64,000 bases of DNA from a phage: the sequence record PV636258.1. The stretch is one strand, 5' to 3'. The stretch's first letter is position 1; every line of letters begins with the position of its first letter. The position numbers were made by a program, and so were the translations under genes. Under the pieces are notes generated by a model. The model was not told the origin of the DNA. It did not search any database and saw only the letters and a program-made list of their open reading frames with translations. Shown here in pieces: positions 39,229 through 48,704 of this stretch.

Positions 39229-40431
39229 TTACTTTTTAAATAAATTTAGTAGGTTTTTAGAACCAGATGTCGTCGCTTTAGGTTGTCCTTCCCCATCGTA
39301 TCCAACCTTCCCGCGCGGTTTTTTACCTTGCTGTAAAGCCTCTACACAACGGGTGTATTTCTGAAGTTCACAAAACATATTTTCTCCTGCCATTATATTT
39401 AAATGGTGATCCCAAGGCTCTTCCGCAGACCAAAATTCTTCCCTGTTATACCCAAGAGGACCATAAACTGCGTCCTGATTATCCCGTAGCCAGAATATGC
39501 ATTCTTCATGAGTCATGCCGTCCTTATCCAGGAACATCAGGTCAATACCCGCACGGCAACCTGGACCAGCGATAGTGAAATGATTCTCACTGAATGGATA
39601 CTCAGGGATGTATGTGAAGTCCACCCAGATCTGATATGCCAGGAATGGCCCAAGCCCCTCAATGTCGTCATACATCGCCTGGTAAACAGAGTCGGGACGG
39701 CTAAATTCCCTGAGGCGATCAAAGTAATGAGGGTGTTTGTTGACGAATGCCTTCAAAGAGCGGATGACTCGCATTGGCATGTACGGCTCCCAACCCTCAA
39801 TCGTGTACTCCCCAGGATTCTCTTCAACCAGCTTCTTGGCGACCTTGTAATCCAATTCATCCACGACACCCTGGCCAACACGGTGTACCTTAACCATCAT
39901 GCCACCGAAGCGCTGCTCCTTGTGGTTGACAACCAGCTCAGGAAAAGCCAGGCATTGCTTCAGACCGCCCGTGTTGAAGGCATTGGTGAATACCTTACCA
40001 CCGTCGGCCTCGAACTTCTGAAGACGGGCGCGGGTCTCGTCCAGGTTGATTTTAGCAAAGTCTGAAATCGTCATAGCGCCCTCGAGCGCCACCTTGATCG
40101 GATCCCAGAGATTGAACATGCGGAACAGAACACAGTTGAACATTTTGTCGGCCATGCTCAGAGCGTCGTTCTTGACGATGTTGTTGATCAGGTTGAGGGA
40201 CTGCCTGTCGTGCTCTCTCCGGACGTTACAGAACTTGACCTGCCGTAGTATAGGATTATTCGTCCAAGGAGCAGGAAGACGCTGGACGTCCTTCTTGACG
40301 TGGATCTGGTAACGATCGTGCATCCATTCGTAAGACCACTTTACAATCTGCTGGTCCAGGACGGGTTTGGCAGATTTAATTTTAGCTTCCCGAACACCGC
40401 AATAAGGAATGTCACACGGTTTATCTTTCAT
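39229..40431 (-). CDS. hypothetical protein (400 aa)
   Basis: ATG 40431 with GAGGAT SD; own terminator upstream; no motif recognised. Confidence 0.65.
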   Translation of the reverse strand: MKDKPCDIPYCGVREAKIKSAKPVLDQQIVKWSYEWMHDRYQIHVKKDVQRLPAPWTNNPILRQVKFCNVRREHDRQSLNLINNIVKNDALSMADKMFNCVLFRMFNLWDPIKVALEGAMTISDFAKINLDETRARLQKFEADGGKVFTNAFNTGGLKQCLAFPELVVNHKEQRFGGMMVKVHRVGQGVVDELDYKVAKKLVEENPGEYTIEGWEPYMPMRVIRSLKAFVNKHPHYFDRLREFSRPDSVYQAMYDDIEGLGPFLAYQIWVDFTYIPEYPFSENHFTIAGPGCRAGIDLMFLDKDGMTHEECIFWLRDNQDAVYGPLGYNREEFWSAEEPWDHHLNIMAGENMFCELQKYTRCVEALQQGKKPRGKVGYDGEGQPKATTSGSKNLLNLFKK

Positions 40432-40448
40432 GGTATCCTCTCTAGAAT

Positions 40449-40477
40449 ACAAAAACAGAGGCCATTATAGCCTCTGT
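40449..40477 (-). terminator. rho-independent terminator
   Basis: hairpin cagagg/cctctg followed by TTTTTG on minus strand. Confidence 0.55.
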
Positions 40478-40500
40478 TGTTTAGTGAATAACGGATTATA

Positions 40501-41370
40501 TTAATCGAAGCGAGAGAGGTGTGTCACAGTGTTTTGAACAGGTGCGCACGCGTATACGCGAACATTAGCACCCCACACCCCACACAGCTTAGGCATATTG
40601 GTATCGTTAATGATATACGCTGGCACATAACTTTCAATTTGGCCGTTAACATCTACGGGTCGAGAAGATTTTTCAACTGCCATAGAAAGAATTACTTCCA
40701 ACGTTTTTGGAGATACCAATGCCACGCCGTTCAGATCATCAACAAATACCTGTCCTTCTTCAATTGCCATGCTGACAACGATGTCATTGATCTGACGGGA
40801 AGGGGTATTCGTCAGCATATCAGAGAAATCAGGCTCTTTGAACACAGCCATGTTTTTCAGGAATTTTCCTTTCGGATATTCTTTGCCATTCCACATCACA
40901 GTCTCATTCACTTTGATGCATGCCTGAGGGAATTCACCTTCAACGCGTAACTGGCCAACTGGGAAACCGCGTGAATAATAATATTCCAGTGCCGGACCGA
41001 CTTCATCTTCAGAGCGAATAAATTTGCTCATGTTGGAGGCATAAACACGCTGCAAGCACTCATCGCCGTTGAAACCAGCAATGTGTGCCACGCCGTCATT
41101 GACTGTTGTGATGTCGCCCTGAGCGTCCAAAATCTGGCGCATAATGTCTTTGATGTCGACAACAGCAGGTTCTTTCAGGACTCGCGGAGATGCAGTGAAC
41201 TCAATTTTCACCTCGTGGTCGAAATAAGCCGCTTCCAGTAATTCGCGGGTCTCTTCCAGAACCAGTTTGGCCTGATTGCGAATTTTACCGAAGTCAGGGG
41301 CTGTAATATCTCCAGCCGCATTACCAAAAGCCAAATTCAATCTCACGTTTTTATTAAATGTAGTTGTCAT
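40501..41370 (-). CDS. hypothetical protein (289 aa)
   Basis: ATG 41370 with TGGAG SD; follows regA. Confidence 0.6.
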   Translation of the reverse strand: MTTTFNKNVRLNLAFGNAAGDITAPDFGKIRNQAKLVLEETRELLEAAYFDHEVKIEFTASPRVLKEPAVVDIKDIMRQILDAQGDITTVNDGVAHIAGFNGDECLQRVYASNMSKFIRSEDEVGPALEYYYSRGFPVGQLRVEGEFPQACIKVNETVMWNGKEYPKGKFLKNMAVFKEPDFSDMLTNTPSRQINDIVVSMAIEEGQVFVDDLNGVALVSPKTLEVILSMAVEKSSRPVDVNGQIESYVPAYIINDTNMPKLCGVWGANVRVYACAPVQNTVTHLSRFD

Positions 41371-41386
41371 AATATAGCGACTCCAG

Positions 41387-41782
41387 TTATTCGCTTTTTG
41401 CCCGACTTGGGCGAATAGTGTATTTTGGAACCAATTTCCACTCAGAAACTTGGTCATGTTTTACAACTTTGATCCGAGACATGTCAGCCACTTCGGTTAT
41501 TTGTTCCGGATGCAAGATCTTAACCATATTCCATTGCTCCAGAAGCCGTATAATCCGATTCATACGCAGGACATCTTCACGCGTAAAGCCGTTGTAGTGC
41601 CCATCTAGCATGAACAAATGCTTGAAATGCACGATGTGATATCTGCCAAATTTATGCAGAATATGGCACGTTTGATACAAGGTGTTAGGCTCTTGACGAG
41701 TGTTAACCCCTATCCGACTCAGCGTTTCCTTGATACCCAGGAAAATCCCTGGTTTGTCTTGGTTCAATTGAACTTCAACCAT
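41387..41782 (-). CDS. regA: translational repressor RegA
   Basis: LYQTCHILHKFG...HFKH...EWKLVPKYTI closely parallels T4 RegA; start at internal ATG 41782. Confidence 0.8.
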   Translation of the reverse strand: MVEVQLNQDKPGIFLGIKETLSRIGVNTRQEPNTLYQTCHILHKFGRYHIVHFKHLFMLDGHYNGFTREDVLRMNRIIRLLEQWNMVKILHPEQITEVADMSRIKVVKHDQVSEWKLVPKYTIRPSRAKSE

Positions 41783-41880
41783 ACAGTCAACAATGCTGGC
41801 CTCATCGTTGACAGCTGAAAGTTTTAAGATGTCCAGCGTATTACGCGCCATGACTCATACCCCTTTAACAATTATTTGAA

Positions 41881-42303
41881 TTACTTAGCCTTGCGCGGTT
41901 TGGCTTTTTCGTTGCTGTTGGAACGTTCGACCTTCGCCTTGATTTCAGCCAGGACTTCTTTCGGCAGGAATCGAACATATTCTGAAGCCTTTTCAGGACT
42001 GATGTAATAATACTCAGAAATCAATTTTACATCAGGATCCATAGCTCCCTTCTTAGACCACTTGTCATAGCGACGTTTTGCCGGAATGCTATGAAACGCC
42101 AGGTTCCATTGCATCCAAGGAGTAATGGCATGGAAGCGGTTCATTTGTTCAGCAACCACAAGCGTGTCTTTACTCTGAGCAAGGCCGCGCCGAGTCATGA
42201 AAGGATCAAATGCCTTTCTGATTTCGGGGTCTTCGGTCATCAACAGATTCTCTTTGGTGCTATTCAACGCACCGAGGTAATCGAACAGTGACGGAGCGGC
42301 CAT
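41881..42303 (-). CDS. 62: clamp-loader small subunit (gp62-like)
   Basis: position between 44 and regA; IPAKRRYDKWSKK resembles T4 gp62 VPRGKRYGKWAK. Confidence 0.65.
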   Translation of the reverse strand: MAAPSLFDYLGALNSTKENLLMTEDPEIRKAFDPFMTRRGLAQSKDTLVVAEQMNRFHAITPWMQWNLAFHSIPAKRRYDKWSKKGAMDPDVKLISEYYYISPEKASEYVRFLPKEVLAEIKAKVERSNSNEKAKPRKAK

Positions 42304-42307
42304 AATA

Positions 42308-43297
42308 TTACTTCCATTTGATGTTGAGCATGACGTTAGTCAAGAAGTAAACGCCGTGTAACCAGACGTCGCCGACGGAACGATGTTCAATCTGAGACTG
42401 ACCACAGACACATACCAGATCAGGGATTGACTCTTTTTGAATCAAAGGAGCCTTTTCCTTGTTCTGGGGAACGCAGAAATGGAAGAAACGGGAATAAAAA
42501 TCTTCAGTGATGTAGTTTTGGTTGTCGGTCACCCACTGCTTCATCCCAGCCCAATCATTGGTTTTCAGGAAATCAACCAACGCTTGGAATTCCCCTGCTT
42601 TAACCTGTGCCAGAGCGCGTTCATCGATTTTACCAAACGTGGTGGCATTATCCTGAAGAGTTCCCATAATTTTGCGATTATCTGGGAAATATGATTTCAC
42701 AATGGAAGCAATTACACCAGCTTCATACGGAATACCTTCCTCTGTCAGGATAGTTGCGCAACGACGCATGAATTGGAGTTTAACTTCATCTGCTTCCTTT
42801 TCGGACCAGATAAAATCAATTTCACGACAGCGGGAACGCAGAGGTTCGTTAACGCGCTGTTTCGCATTAGTCGTCAGGATGAAGGAGCAGTTTTTGGAGA
42901 CTTTCTCTACGATGCCTTTCAGGGATTCCTGCGCCGCCATGGAAAGTCGCTCAACTTCATCGAGGATAACGACTTTGCGGCCACCGAAAACACTGACGCC
43001 AGTTGCGTATTGAATAACACGGTCACGGATGACATCAATGCTGTTATCCAGTGACGCATTGATCATCAACGGTTTGATGCAACCGATTTCGTTACACACA
43101 GCCAGAGCAGAAGTAGTCTTGCCCGTACCAGGCTGAGGGGAATAGAACAGCATTGAGGGGATGTTTCCATTGCCTGATGTAACATAGCCATGGATTTTTG
43201 CACGGACGTCTGAAGGGAGGACGATCTCATCCAGATTGTCAGGGCGATATTTGTTTTCCCACGCGTATTGATCTGTGACGATAGTGATGTTAGACAT
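42308..43297 (-). CDS. 44: clamp-loader large subunit, AAA+ ATPase (gp44-like)
   Basis: Walker A PQPGTGKTT, Walker B ILDEVE, SRC-like motif SRC (PLRSRCREI). Confidence 0.9.
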   Translation of the reverse strand: MSNITIVTDQYAWENKYRPDNLDEIVLPSDVRAKIHGYVTSGNGNIPSMLFYSPQPGTGKTTSALAVCNEIGCIKPLMINASLDNSIDVIRDRVIQYATGVSVFGGRKVVILDEVERLSMAAQESLKGIVEKVSKNCSFILTTNAKQRVNEPLRSRCREIDFIWSEKEADEVKLQFMRRCATILTEEGIPYEAGVIASIVKSYFPDNRKIMGTLQDNATTFGKIDERALAQVKAGEFQALVDFLKTNDWAGMKQWVTDNQNYITEDFYSRFFHFCVPQNKEKAPLIQKESIPDLVCVCGQSQIEHRSVGDVWLHGVYFLTNVMLNIKWK

Positions 43298-43375
43298 TGC
43301 AGCCTCTTTAGATAAAACGTTTCAAAGGGCGGGGAAACCCCCGCCACCGATAATAAAGCGCCGAATCGTTATTGA

Positions 43376-44044
43376 TTAATCCAGCTGCATGCCGACGTAA
43401 TAGTTGATGGTGCCGTCTGCGGATTGGAAGTTAACCAGTTGCATTTCGGCACAGGCGCGGATCACGTAGTTGCCTTCGATCATTTTCAGGTTGACCACAT
43501 CAACAGGCATAGCAAAATCACCCAGAGTTGTTTCACCCAACTCAACAGTGTAATCGTTGGAATTGTCGATAGTAGTGGTCGTGCCCACCAGACGAGTTTT
43601 ACCGCCGCTGGCAACCAGACGTACAGTTTTGTGACCCAGAGTAGAACAGGCGCGAGTCAGCTCTTTCATTTTTTCAGGAGTGACCGTTGCTTCAAATTCT
43701 ACAGACGGAAGATCGATGCTGTCTGCCGGAACGACAGTCAGTTCTTTAGCGGAACGCCAGAATTGCAGTTGGGAGTTTTCACCTTTCAGCAAAATGTGGT
43801 CTTCTGACATTTCAATTTTACCGCCTTTAAAACTCGGCAGACGCTGGATTGCCAGCAATTTGGTCAGATCCAGAATCGGGAATTCGAACGGGAAGTCTTC
43901 GTCGATGTCGGCAATAGCGATAACTGTACTGGAATCGTTAACAGTGCGCAACTTTTTACCAGGTGCCAGAACGATAGAGGGGCAGATGGTTTCAAAGTTA
44001 GCCAGCAGTTGTAAAGTGCGTTCGGAGAGAGTGATCTCTTGCAT
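43376..44044 (-). CDS. 45: sliding clamp (gp45-like)
   Basis: 222 aa; N-terminus LSERTLQLLANFETI parallels T4 gp45 LSKDTTALLKNFATI; GAGGA SD before ATG 44044. Confidence 0.8.
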   Translation of the reverse strand: MQEITLSERTLQLLANFETICPSIVLAPGKKLRTVNDSSTVIAIADIDEDFPFEFPILDLTKLLAIQRLPSFKGGKIEMSEDHILLKGENSQLQFWRSAKELTVVPADSIDLPSVEFEATVTPEKMKELTRACSTLGHKTVRLVASGGKTRLVGTTTTIDNSNDYTVELGETTLGDFAMPVDVVNLKMIEGNYVIRACAEMQLVNFQSADGTINYYVGMQLD

Positions 44045-44382
44045 TAGTTGTATCCTCAAAATATAGTGGGGTTCAAGTCATATTTGACGCAAATTAGTAT
44101 CGCGTGTTTGTAGTTATAGAACAAGTAATAAATTGCCCTACGCGCGATAAATAAATGCCTGACGGCATTTATAATATTCTGTTTTAATAAAACCTTTCTT
44201 TATCAGTCTACTCGCTTCGCTCGTGATAATACTCGTTGCTCGCAAAGCTCACAACTCGTATATTACGCACGGATTGTTCAACAAGAAAGCGATTTTTATT
44301 CAACAATTAAAATATTTTATTTGGTCTAAACAGAGCATGACATTATTATGTAGCCAAGTTTGCTAACACGCGAGAAATACAT

Positions 44383-44748
44383 ATGAAGCAATTTGTTGGT
44401 TTATACGCAGTAGGGGAAGACCAAGAAGCAATTCTTTCCATATCAGAACAACGTTCGTCATTAAAAGGCGTTTATTTACAAAGCCTTTTCTGTACATCGG
44501 GGTTTGTTGTGACACCGATGATGGTGATACCATTACTCCCAAATAACAAAGGTCTGTATGTTGGTATTATTCAACAAGGCCAGGCGCGGGAAGTGAAAGT
44601 TGTTCCATTGCTGGCATCTAATGAAGAATTGTTTTCTCAGATTCTTGAGCCGAAAGTGCTACAACAATGTATTGGCACGATCGACTGTTTATTTGGTTCC
44701 AACAAAGAAGGCGAGGCAACCCCCGCCTATGTGAACCAAGATCTTTGA
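44383..44748 (+). CDS. hypothetical protein (121 aa) on opposite strand
   Basis: only long ORF in the AT-rich divergent region; weak SD. Confidence 0.3.
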   Translation: MKQFVGLYAVGEDQEAILSISEQRSSLKGVYLQSLFCTSGFVVTPMMVIPLLPNNKGLYVGIIQQGQAREVKVVPLLASNEELFSQILEPKVLQQCIGTIDCLFGSNKEGEATPAYVNQDL

Positions 44749-44753
44749 AATAG

Positions 44754-46253
44754 TTAGAGCGCCACTTTTTTCATTTTAACAGGGTGGCGCTCCATAAGAT
44801 AAAATTTATATCTCTCATGAGAATGCCTGAGAGCATGGTTGTAGGAACCGTTGTAGCGCAGGTTGTCTACCAGGTCCCAGATTCGCGCAACATCCTTAGA
44901 GGAATGCTGACGCATCAAACGCCCCAATGTCTGTATAACACGGATATAAGATTTGCTGGGATGGGCCAATATCAGATGATGGAGTTTTTTGATAGATACG
45001 CCCTGTTGCATAGTACCATATGATGCTAACAGTGTTATATCTTCCCCTTCTTCCATAGCAGCCTGAATCTGTTTACGAACTTCTGTCTTGACTTCCCCGT
45101 TGATGACGAATACGTTTTTCTTGACTGCCGATAGCATTTCATAAACCAACATCATGTGTGCATCGATACGTTCGAACATTACTGCGACGTTCCCTTTCAA
45201 AGATAGAGCCATTCGGGCTATCAATTCATTGCGGCGTTCGTTAGCAATGAGGAATTCTATTTCCTTTTGATACTCAGCACCGTGCATTTCAATACAGTCT
45301 GCCATAGGATGTATGACTTCAATCATATTAACATTGATGTCCGCCGCATATCCTAGATCGATTAAATCGCGCGCTGTAATAATTTTATGATATGCACCAA
45401 AGTGAGCAACGACTTGTAACCCTGCGACCTTTGTATTCGCCAGGGTTCCGGTTACTCCCAAACGTTGATCAGCGTTAATACAGTTGTTCAAGATGTAAGA
45501 CAATTTATCTGATTTTGATGTATGTACTTCGTCGACGACGATATCTCCAAATTGATGGAACCACTCTTTGGGTTGGTTCTGGATACCTTGCCAAGTTGAA
45601 ATAACTATGGGTTTGAAAATCTCTTTCGTTGCCCCTTCGTATATTGTCTGGACGTTCATCAATGGCTTCCATTCTGTCCCGTGGCTATATTCTTCGAAGT
45701 TGTCATACAACTGAGTCACCAAATGAATGGATGGTACAACGATTAACGTTCTCAGATTACTTTCGAGGGCATCTCTGCGTTGCCTGTAGTAACGAGCCAT
45801 GATGTACAAAATAAAGGATTTGCCGGCACTCGTGGCAGCTTCGAGGACACATCTGCTTTGGCGTATTGCTGTGGAAACAGAATCAAATTGATAATCGCGG
45901 ACAATCGCTTTTTGATATTGTTTGTTTTCGTCTCGGTACACCGCATTCAATGTATCGATGAACGCATGAATTTCTTCATCCGGAATATCTTGAATATATT
46001 TTAAGGCCGGATCTAATTTGATGGTGTAACCGTTCATCTTACAGAATTTGAACACCTCAAATAACAGGCCGATGTCGATAAGCCCAGAACTCTTTGTGAA
46101 CAGCCGCACTACGCCGTCCCATTTACTGAACGGATTCGGTTGGAAATTAGGATCTTCAAATTTGAAGTAATCGTTGAGTTCTTCACGGATATAATCCTCG
46201 GCGAGGATCCGCATTCTAACTTCGTTCACTTTGACTATTTGGATCTCAGACAT
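44754..46253 (-). CDS. uvsW: UvsW-like DNA/RNA helicase
   Basis: colinear with T4 UvsW (TSAGKS, DEVH, SGEV..E.R, LHHLILAH, QTLGR); CTAAATAC box 26 nt upstream of ATG 46253. Confidence 0.9.
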   Translation of the reverse strand: MSEIQIVKVNEVRMRILAEDYIREELNDYFKFEDPNFQPNPFSKWDGVVRLFTKSSGLIDIGLLFEVFKFCKMNGYTIKLDPALKYIQDIPDEEIHAFIDTLNAVYRDENKQYQKAIVRDYQFDSVSTAIRQSRCVLEAATSAGKSFILYIMARYYRQRRDALESNLRTLIVVPSIHLVTQLYDNFEEYSHGTEWKPLMNVQTIYEGATKEIFKPIVISTWQGIQNQPKEWFHQFGDIVVDEVHTSKSDKLSYILNNCINADQRLGVTGTLANTKVAGLQVVAHFGAYHKIITARDLIDLGYAADINVNMIEVIHPMADCIEMHGAEYQKEIEFLIANERRNELIARMALSLKGNVAVMFERIDAHMMLVYEMLSAVKKNVFVINGEVKTEVRKQIQAAMEEGEDITLLASYGTMQQGVSIKKLHHLILAHPSKSYIRVIQTLGRLMRQHSSKDVARIWDLVDNLRYNGSYNHALRHSHERYKFYLMERHPVKMKKVAL

Positions 46254-46279
46254 CACTAATTTCCCCCAATATTATGGAG

Positions 46280-46286
46280 TATTTAG
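46280..46286 (-). promoter_or_regulatory. late-promoter-like box CTAAATA upstream of uvsW
   Basis: minus strand cgCTAAATACtcc overlapping stop of upstream gene. Confidence 0.45.
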
Positions 46287-47029
46287 CGATCCGCCCAGAT
46301 TCCTTTCTGTTCTTTATCCATTTTGTGATACAGACGGACACGGTCAAACATTTTAGAAATAACGTCTTTGCGATCGAATTCGATTATGGTGGGAACAAGG
46401 GCATTTTCGTTGGATATAATATTGATTAAACGCTCTATCTTGACATTAAACATTTGTTGAAACATGACTGAGTATAGACACAATTGAATACTATAATCTT
46501 CTATCATGCTTCGAGTTTTTAGGGTGTTAGATGTTTTGAAATCGATTATGCTTGGAATTCCTTCGTAAACCCCGATGAGGTCAACACGACCAGCAAGACC
46601 CAGGACTTCGCTATATAATGGAATCTCTTGTGCATATATCTTGCTCATTTTGTTAAGGTAGGGGAAAACCTGTTTGAACATAAACACGTATTCCCCTGCA
46701 GCTTCCAGAACTTCCTTCATTGGTCTGTTTTTGAGATACAACTCACAAGCCAAATGAAGTTTTTCCCCACGGTCTGCGCAACGATGTGTTTCTATATCAG
46801 CAGCTTCATGCCCCAACTTGTCCCGCCAGGCTTCTAACCATGTATGGTCACCAGTACGCCCTAACATGGTCGTCACTGAAGTTAGTTTGACTCCAGTGGG
46901 AGAAACATAGTGACGACCATTTTCGGTAGTTACGCAAGTCAGTTCCTTAAACGGCAAGGAATATTGCTGAAATGTATGATGACGATTTTCAAAGTCATTA
47001 AGTTTGCGCAAAGCCTGTAGAGAAACCAT
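46283..47029 (-). CDS. RecB-family PD-(D/E)xK nuclease-like protein
   Basis: GRVDLIGVYEG...IIDFKTS matches D / E.K-type RecB nuclease motifs; TAATG coupling with upstream gene. Confidence 0.55.
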   Translation of the reverse strand: MVSLQALRKLNDFENRHHTFQQYSLPFKELTCVTTENGRHYVSPTGVKLTSVTTMLGRTGDHTWLEAWRDKLGHEAADIETHRCADRGEKLHLACELYLKNRPMKEVLEAAGEYVFMFKQVFPYLNKMSKIYAQEIPLYSEVLGLAGRVDLIGVYEGIPSIIDFKTSNTLKTRSMIEDYSIQLCLYSVMFQQMFNVKIERLINIISNENALVPTIIEFDRKDVISKMFDRVRLYHKMDKEQKGIWADR

Positions 47030-47484
47030 TACATCCCATCCAAATATTTTCGCCAATCAATAGCATTCTTCACTTCATATCCGAGTTTGTTCAAACGATC
47101 TAAGCAACTTTCGATGAACTTGACTTTGGCTTTCTGCTCTTGAAGCATGCTAGACAATTCGATATAATCATCATCTGCTTTTACCCATACGTCTATATCA
47201 GATTTCAGGGGTCGAACTTTTAATGGGCGTTCAACATAAACGTTGGGCGGCAATTCCCCTGCATAAAATCGGCGTAAATAGAGATCTATTTGGCGGAATT
47301 TGCCAGTTAGATACTCCAGATATCTTCCTTCACGAATATAATGGCGTTGCACAGTCATCCACGAACGACCAATTTTCAATGACATTTGGTCTAAGTTCAT
47401 GTCTTCAGGATTTACCGAAATAAGAGGTTCCAATTCTACCATTATATCTTCGGTTTTCATCGTTTCAAGTTTTGTTTCGCTCAT
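47029..47484 (-). CDS. possible UvsY-like recombination mediator (151 aa)
   Basis: weak resemblance to T4 UvsY (LRRFYAGE vs LDYYSG) and proximity to uvsW; AGGGAA SD. Confidence 0.4.
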   Translation of the reverse strand: MSETKLETMKTEDIMVELEPLISVNPEDMNLDQMSLKIGRSWMTVQRHYIREGRYLEYLTGKFRQIDLYLRRFYAGELPPNVYVERPLKVRPLKSDIDVWVKADDDYIELSSMLQEQKAKVKFIESCLDRLNKLGYEVKNAIDWRKYLDGM

Positions 47485-47522
47485 GATTTATTCCCTGCTG
47501 TTTCAACTCTCTGTATTATAAC

Positions 47523-48020
47523 TTATTGTTTATCAATTTCGCGGGTGACGCGAGTCGGAGTCAGTTTCAAATATTTGAACGTGACAGTCGTGACCAGTTG
47601 GGGAACCGCAGCATCCACATCCACCAATACGTTATCCAAAGCTGTGGGACGGGCTTCTTCCAACAACAATTGTAGACCAACAGGTCGATTCATGTTATCA
47701 AGAAGGTCGATGGTGATGTCGCGGCTGACAGCTAAATCAGATCCAGCATTAGACGCAATCCAATTGTAAATCTGTTCCCAGTTGTACCAACTCTCATCGA
47801 TAACGAACGTAAATACGATGGGGTCATACGTGAGACGTTCTGAAGGTATGGAGTTGAGCACATCGCCAGGGGATGGTCCCTCGATACCTTCAGAATACAC
47901 TCCAGGAATACTGAAGTCATGTATTGAACGAGTAAGCAATATCAGGTCTCCGATAGTTAAGCGCCATTTATCGGAAGCCGCGAAATTAGGATTTTCGTTT
48001 TTGAATTGTACACCTGTCAT
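47523..48020 (-). CDS. tail-tube-family protein (gp19 paralogue; possibly tail tube terminator)
   Basis: pattern shared with the window's gp19 (DKWRLT vs QHRWRVT; PIVFTFV vs LPVTFINV; DLLDN vs ELLDAN). Confidence 0.45.
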   Translation of the reverse strand: MTGVQFKNENPNFAASDKWRLTIGDLILLTRSIHDFSIPGVYSEGIEGPSPGDVLNSIPSERLTYDPIVFTFVIDESWYNWEQIYNWIASNAGSDLAVSRDITIDLLDNMNRPVGLQLLLEEARPTALDNVLVDVDAAVPQLVTTVTFKYLKLTPTRVTREIDKQ

Positions 48021-48083
48021 GTTAGCACCTTTGCTGTGGAGAACGTTTTAGTGTTCCTGATACGCGGATTCAGAAAATGGATC

Positions 48084-48704
48084 ATGACGATGATAATGGT
48101 GCTTGCACTCACAAGTTGCCGTATCTTTGTCACGTCCGTCATTTCTGTAACCGACCTCTGGGATCCTGAAATCAGAACCATACCTGTTAACATCTCAGCC
48201 GACATTGATAAATGCAATAAAAATATTCTGAATCAAGTAGTATCTGATTTTCAGAACTTCCAGACTCTTCAAGCTGTTGGTTGTTTTGATGATAACAACC
48301 AGTCACTGAGACCATACTGGAAAACCACGATTCCCCTATTGAGGAAAGGTGACGAAGGAAAGATCCCATATCTATCCGCAAGTATTTATTACTCTCAGAA
48401 TAATAGCATCATAGCGACTTTCAATCCTTCTTTCTTTGACAAACTTAGAAGGAATACTCAAGCAAGGGACGTAGAAATCACCAGAGACGTTGCAATATCA
48501 TTTCAGATAGTTAATAACACCAAATCTCCGATCCGAATTGCCACTCAGGGTGTTTTCGTTAATGGATCTGCTGTGGGTAATGAAATGAACATCTATGAAA
48601 TAAGACCAGGCGGTAAAGTATGGATTCGAATGAGTGATGTTGGGGTGAACTCCCTGGTGATGGAAGGTATCGAACCAGTGGGAGTTCTCCCCGCTAGACA
48701 TTGA
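48084..48704 (+). CDS. putative lipoprotein (206 aa) on opposite strand
   Basis: MTMIMVLALTSC lipobox-type signal peptide; divergent from 47523..48020; abuts stop of 48705..49433. Confidence 0.4.
   Translation: MTMIMVLALTSCRIFVTSVISVTDLWDPEIRTIPVNISADIDKCNKNILNQVVSDFQNFQTLQAVGCFDDNNQSLRPYWKTTIPLLRKGDEGKIPYLSASIYYSQNNSIIATFNPSFFDKLRRNTQARDVEITRDVAISFQIVNNTKSPIRIATQGVFVNGSAVGNEMNIYEIRPGGKVWIRMSDVGVNSLVMEGIEPVGVLPARH

Noticed and set aside
35881-41370. Possibility that the 289/400/672-aa ORFs after regA are fragments of a split DNA polymerase gene 43
   Set aside because: None contains family-B exonuclease or polymerase motifs (FDIE, DxxSLYPS, KxxxNSxYG, YGDTDS) and their sizes do not sum to a sensible polymerase.
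44100-44140. T4-type middle (MotA-box) promoter upstream of gene 45
   Set aside because: A TTTGCGTCA element is present but spacing to the nearest -10-like TATATT does not fit the MotA-box geometry; insufficient evidence.
44060-44382. tRNA genes or CRISPR arrays in AT-rich spacers
   Set aside because: No cloverleaf-compatible segments with a T-loop GTTCRANYC motif and no regularly spaced direct repeats were seen.
44768-44795. Hairpin gagcgccac...gtggcgctc as a terminator for the plus-strand ORF 44383..44748
   Set aside because: It lies inside the 3' end of the uvsW coding sequence and has an 18-nt loop; more likely incidental or a coding-region structure.
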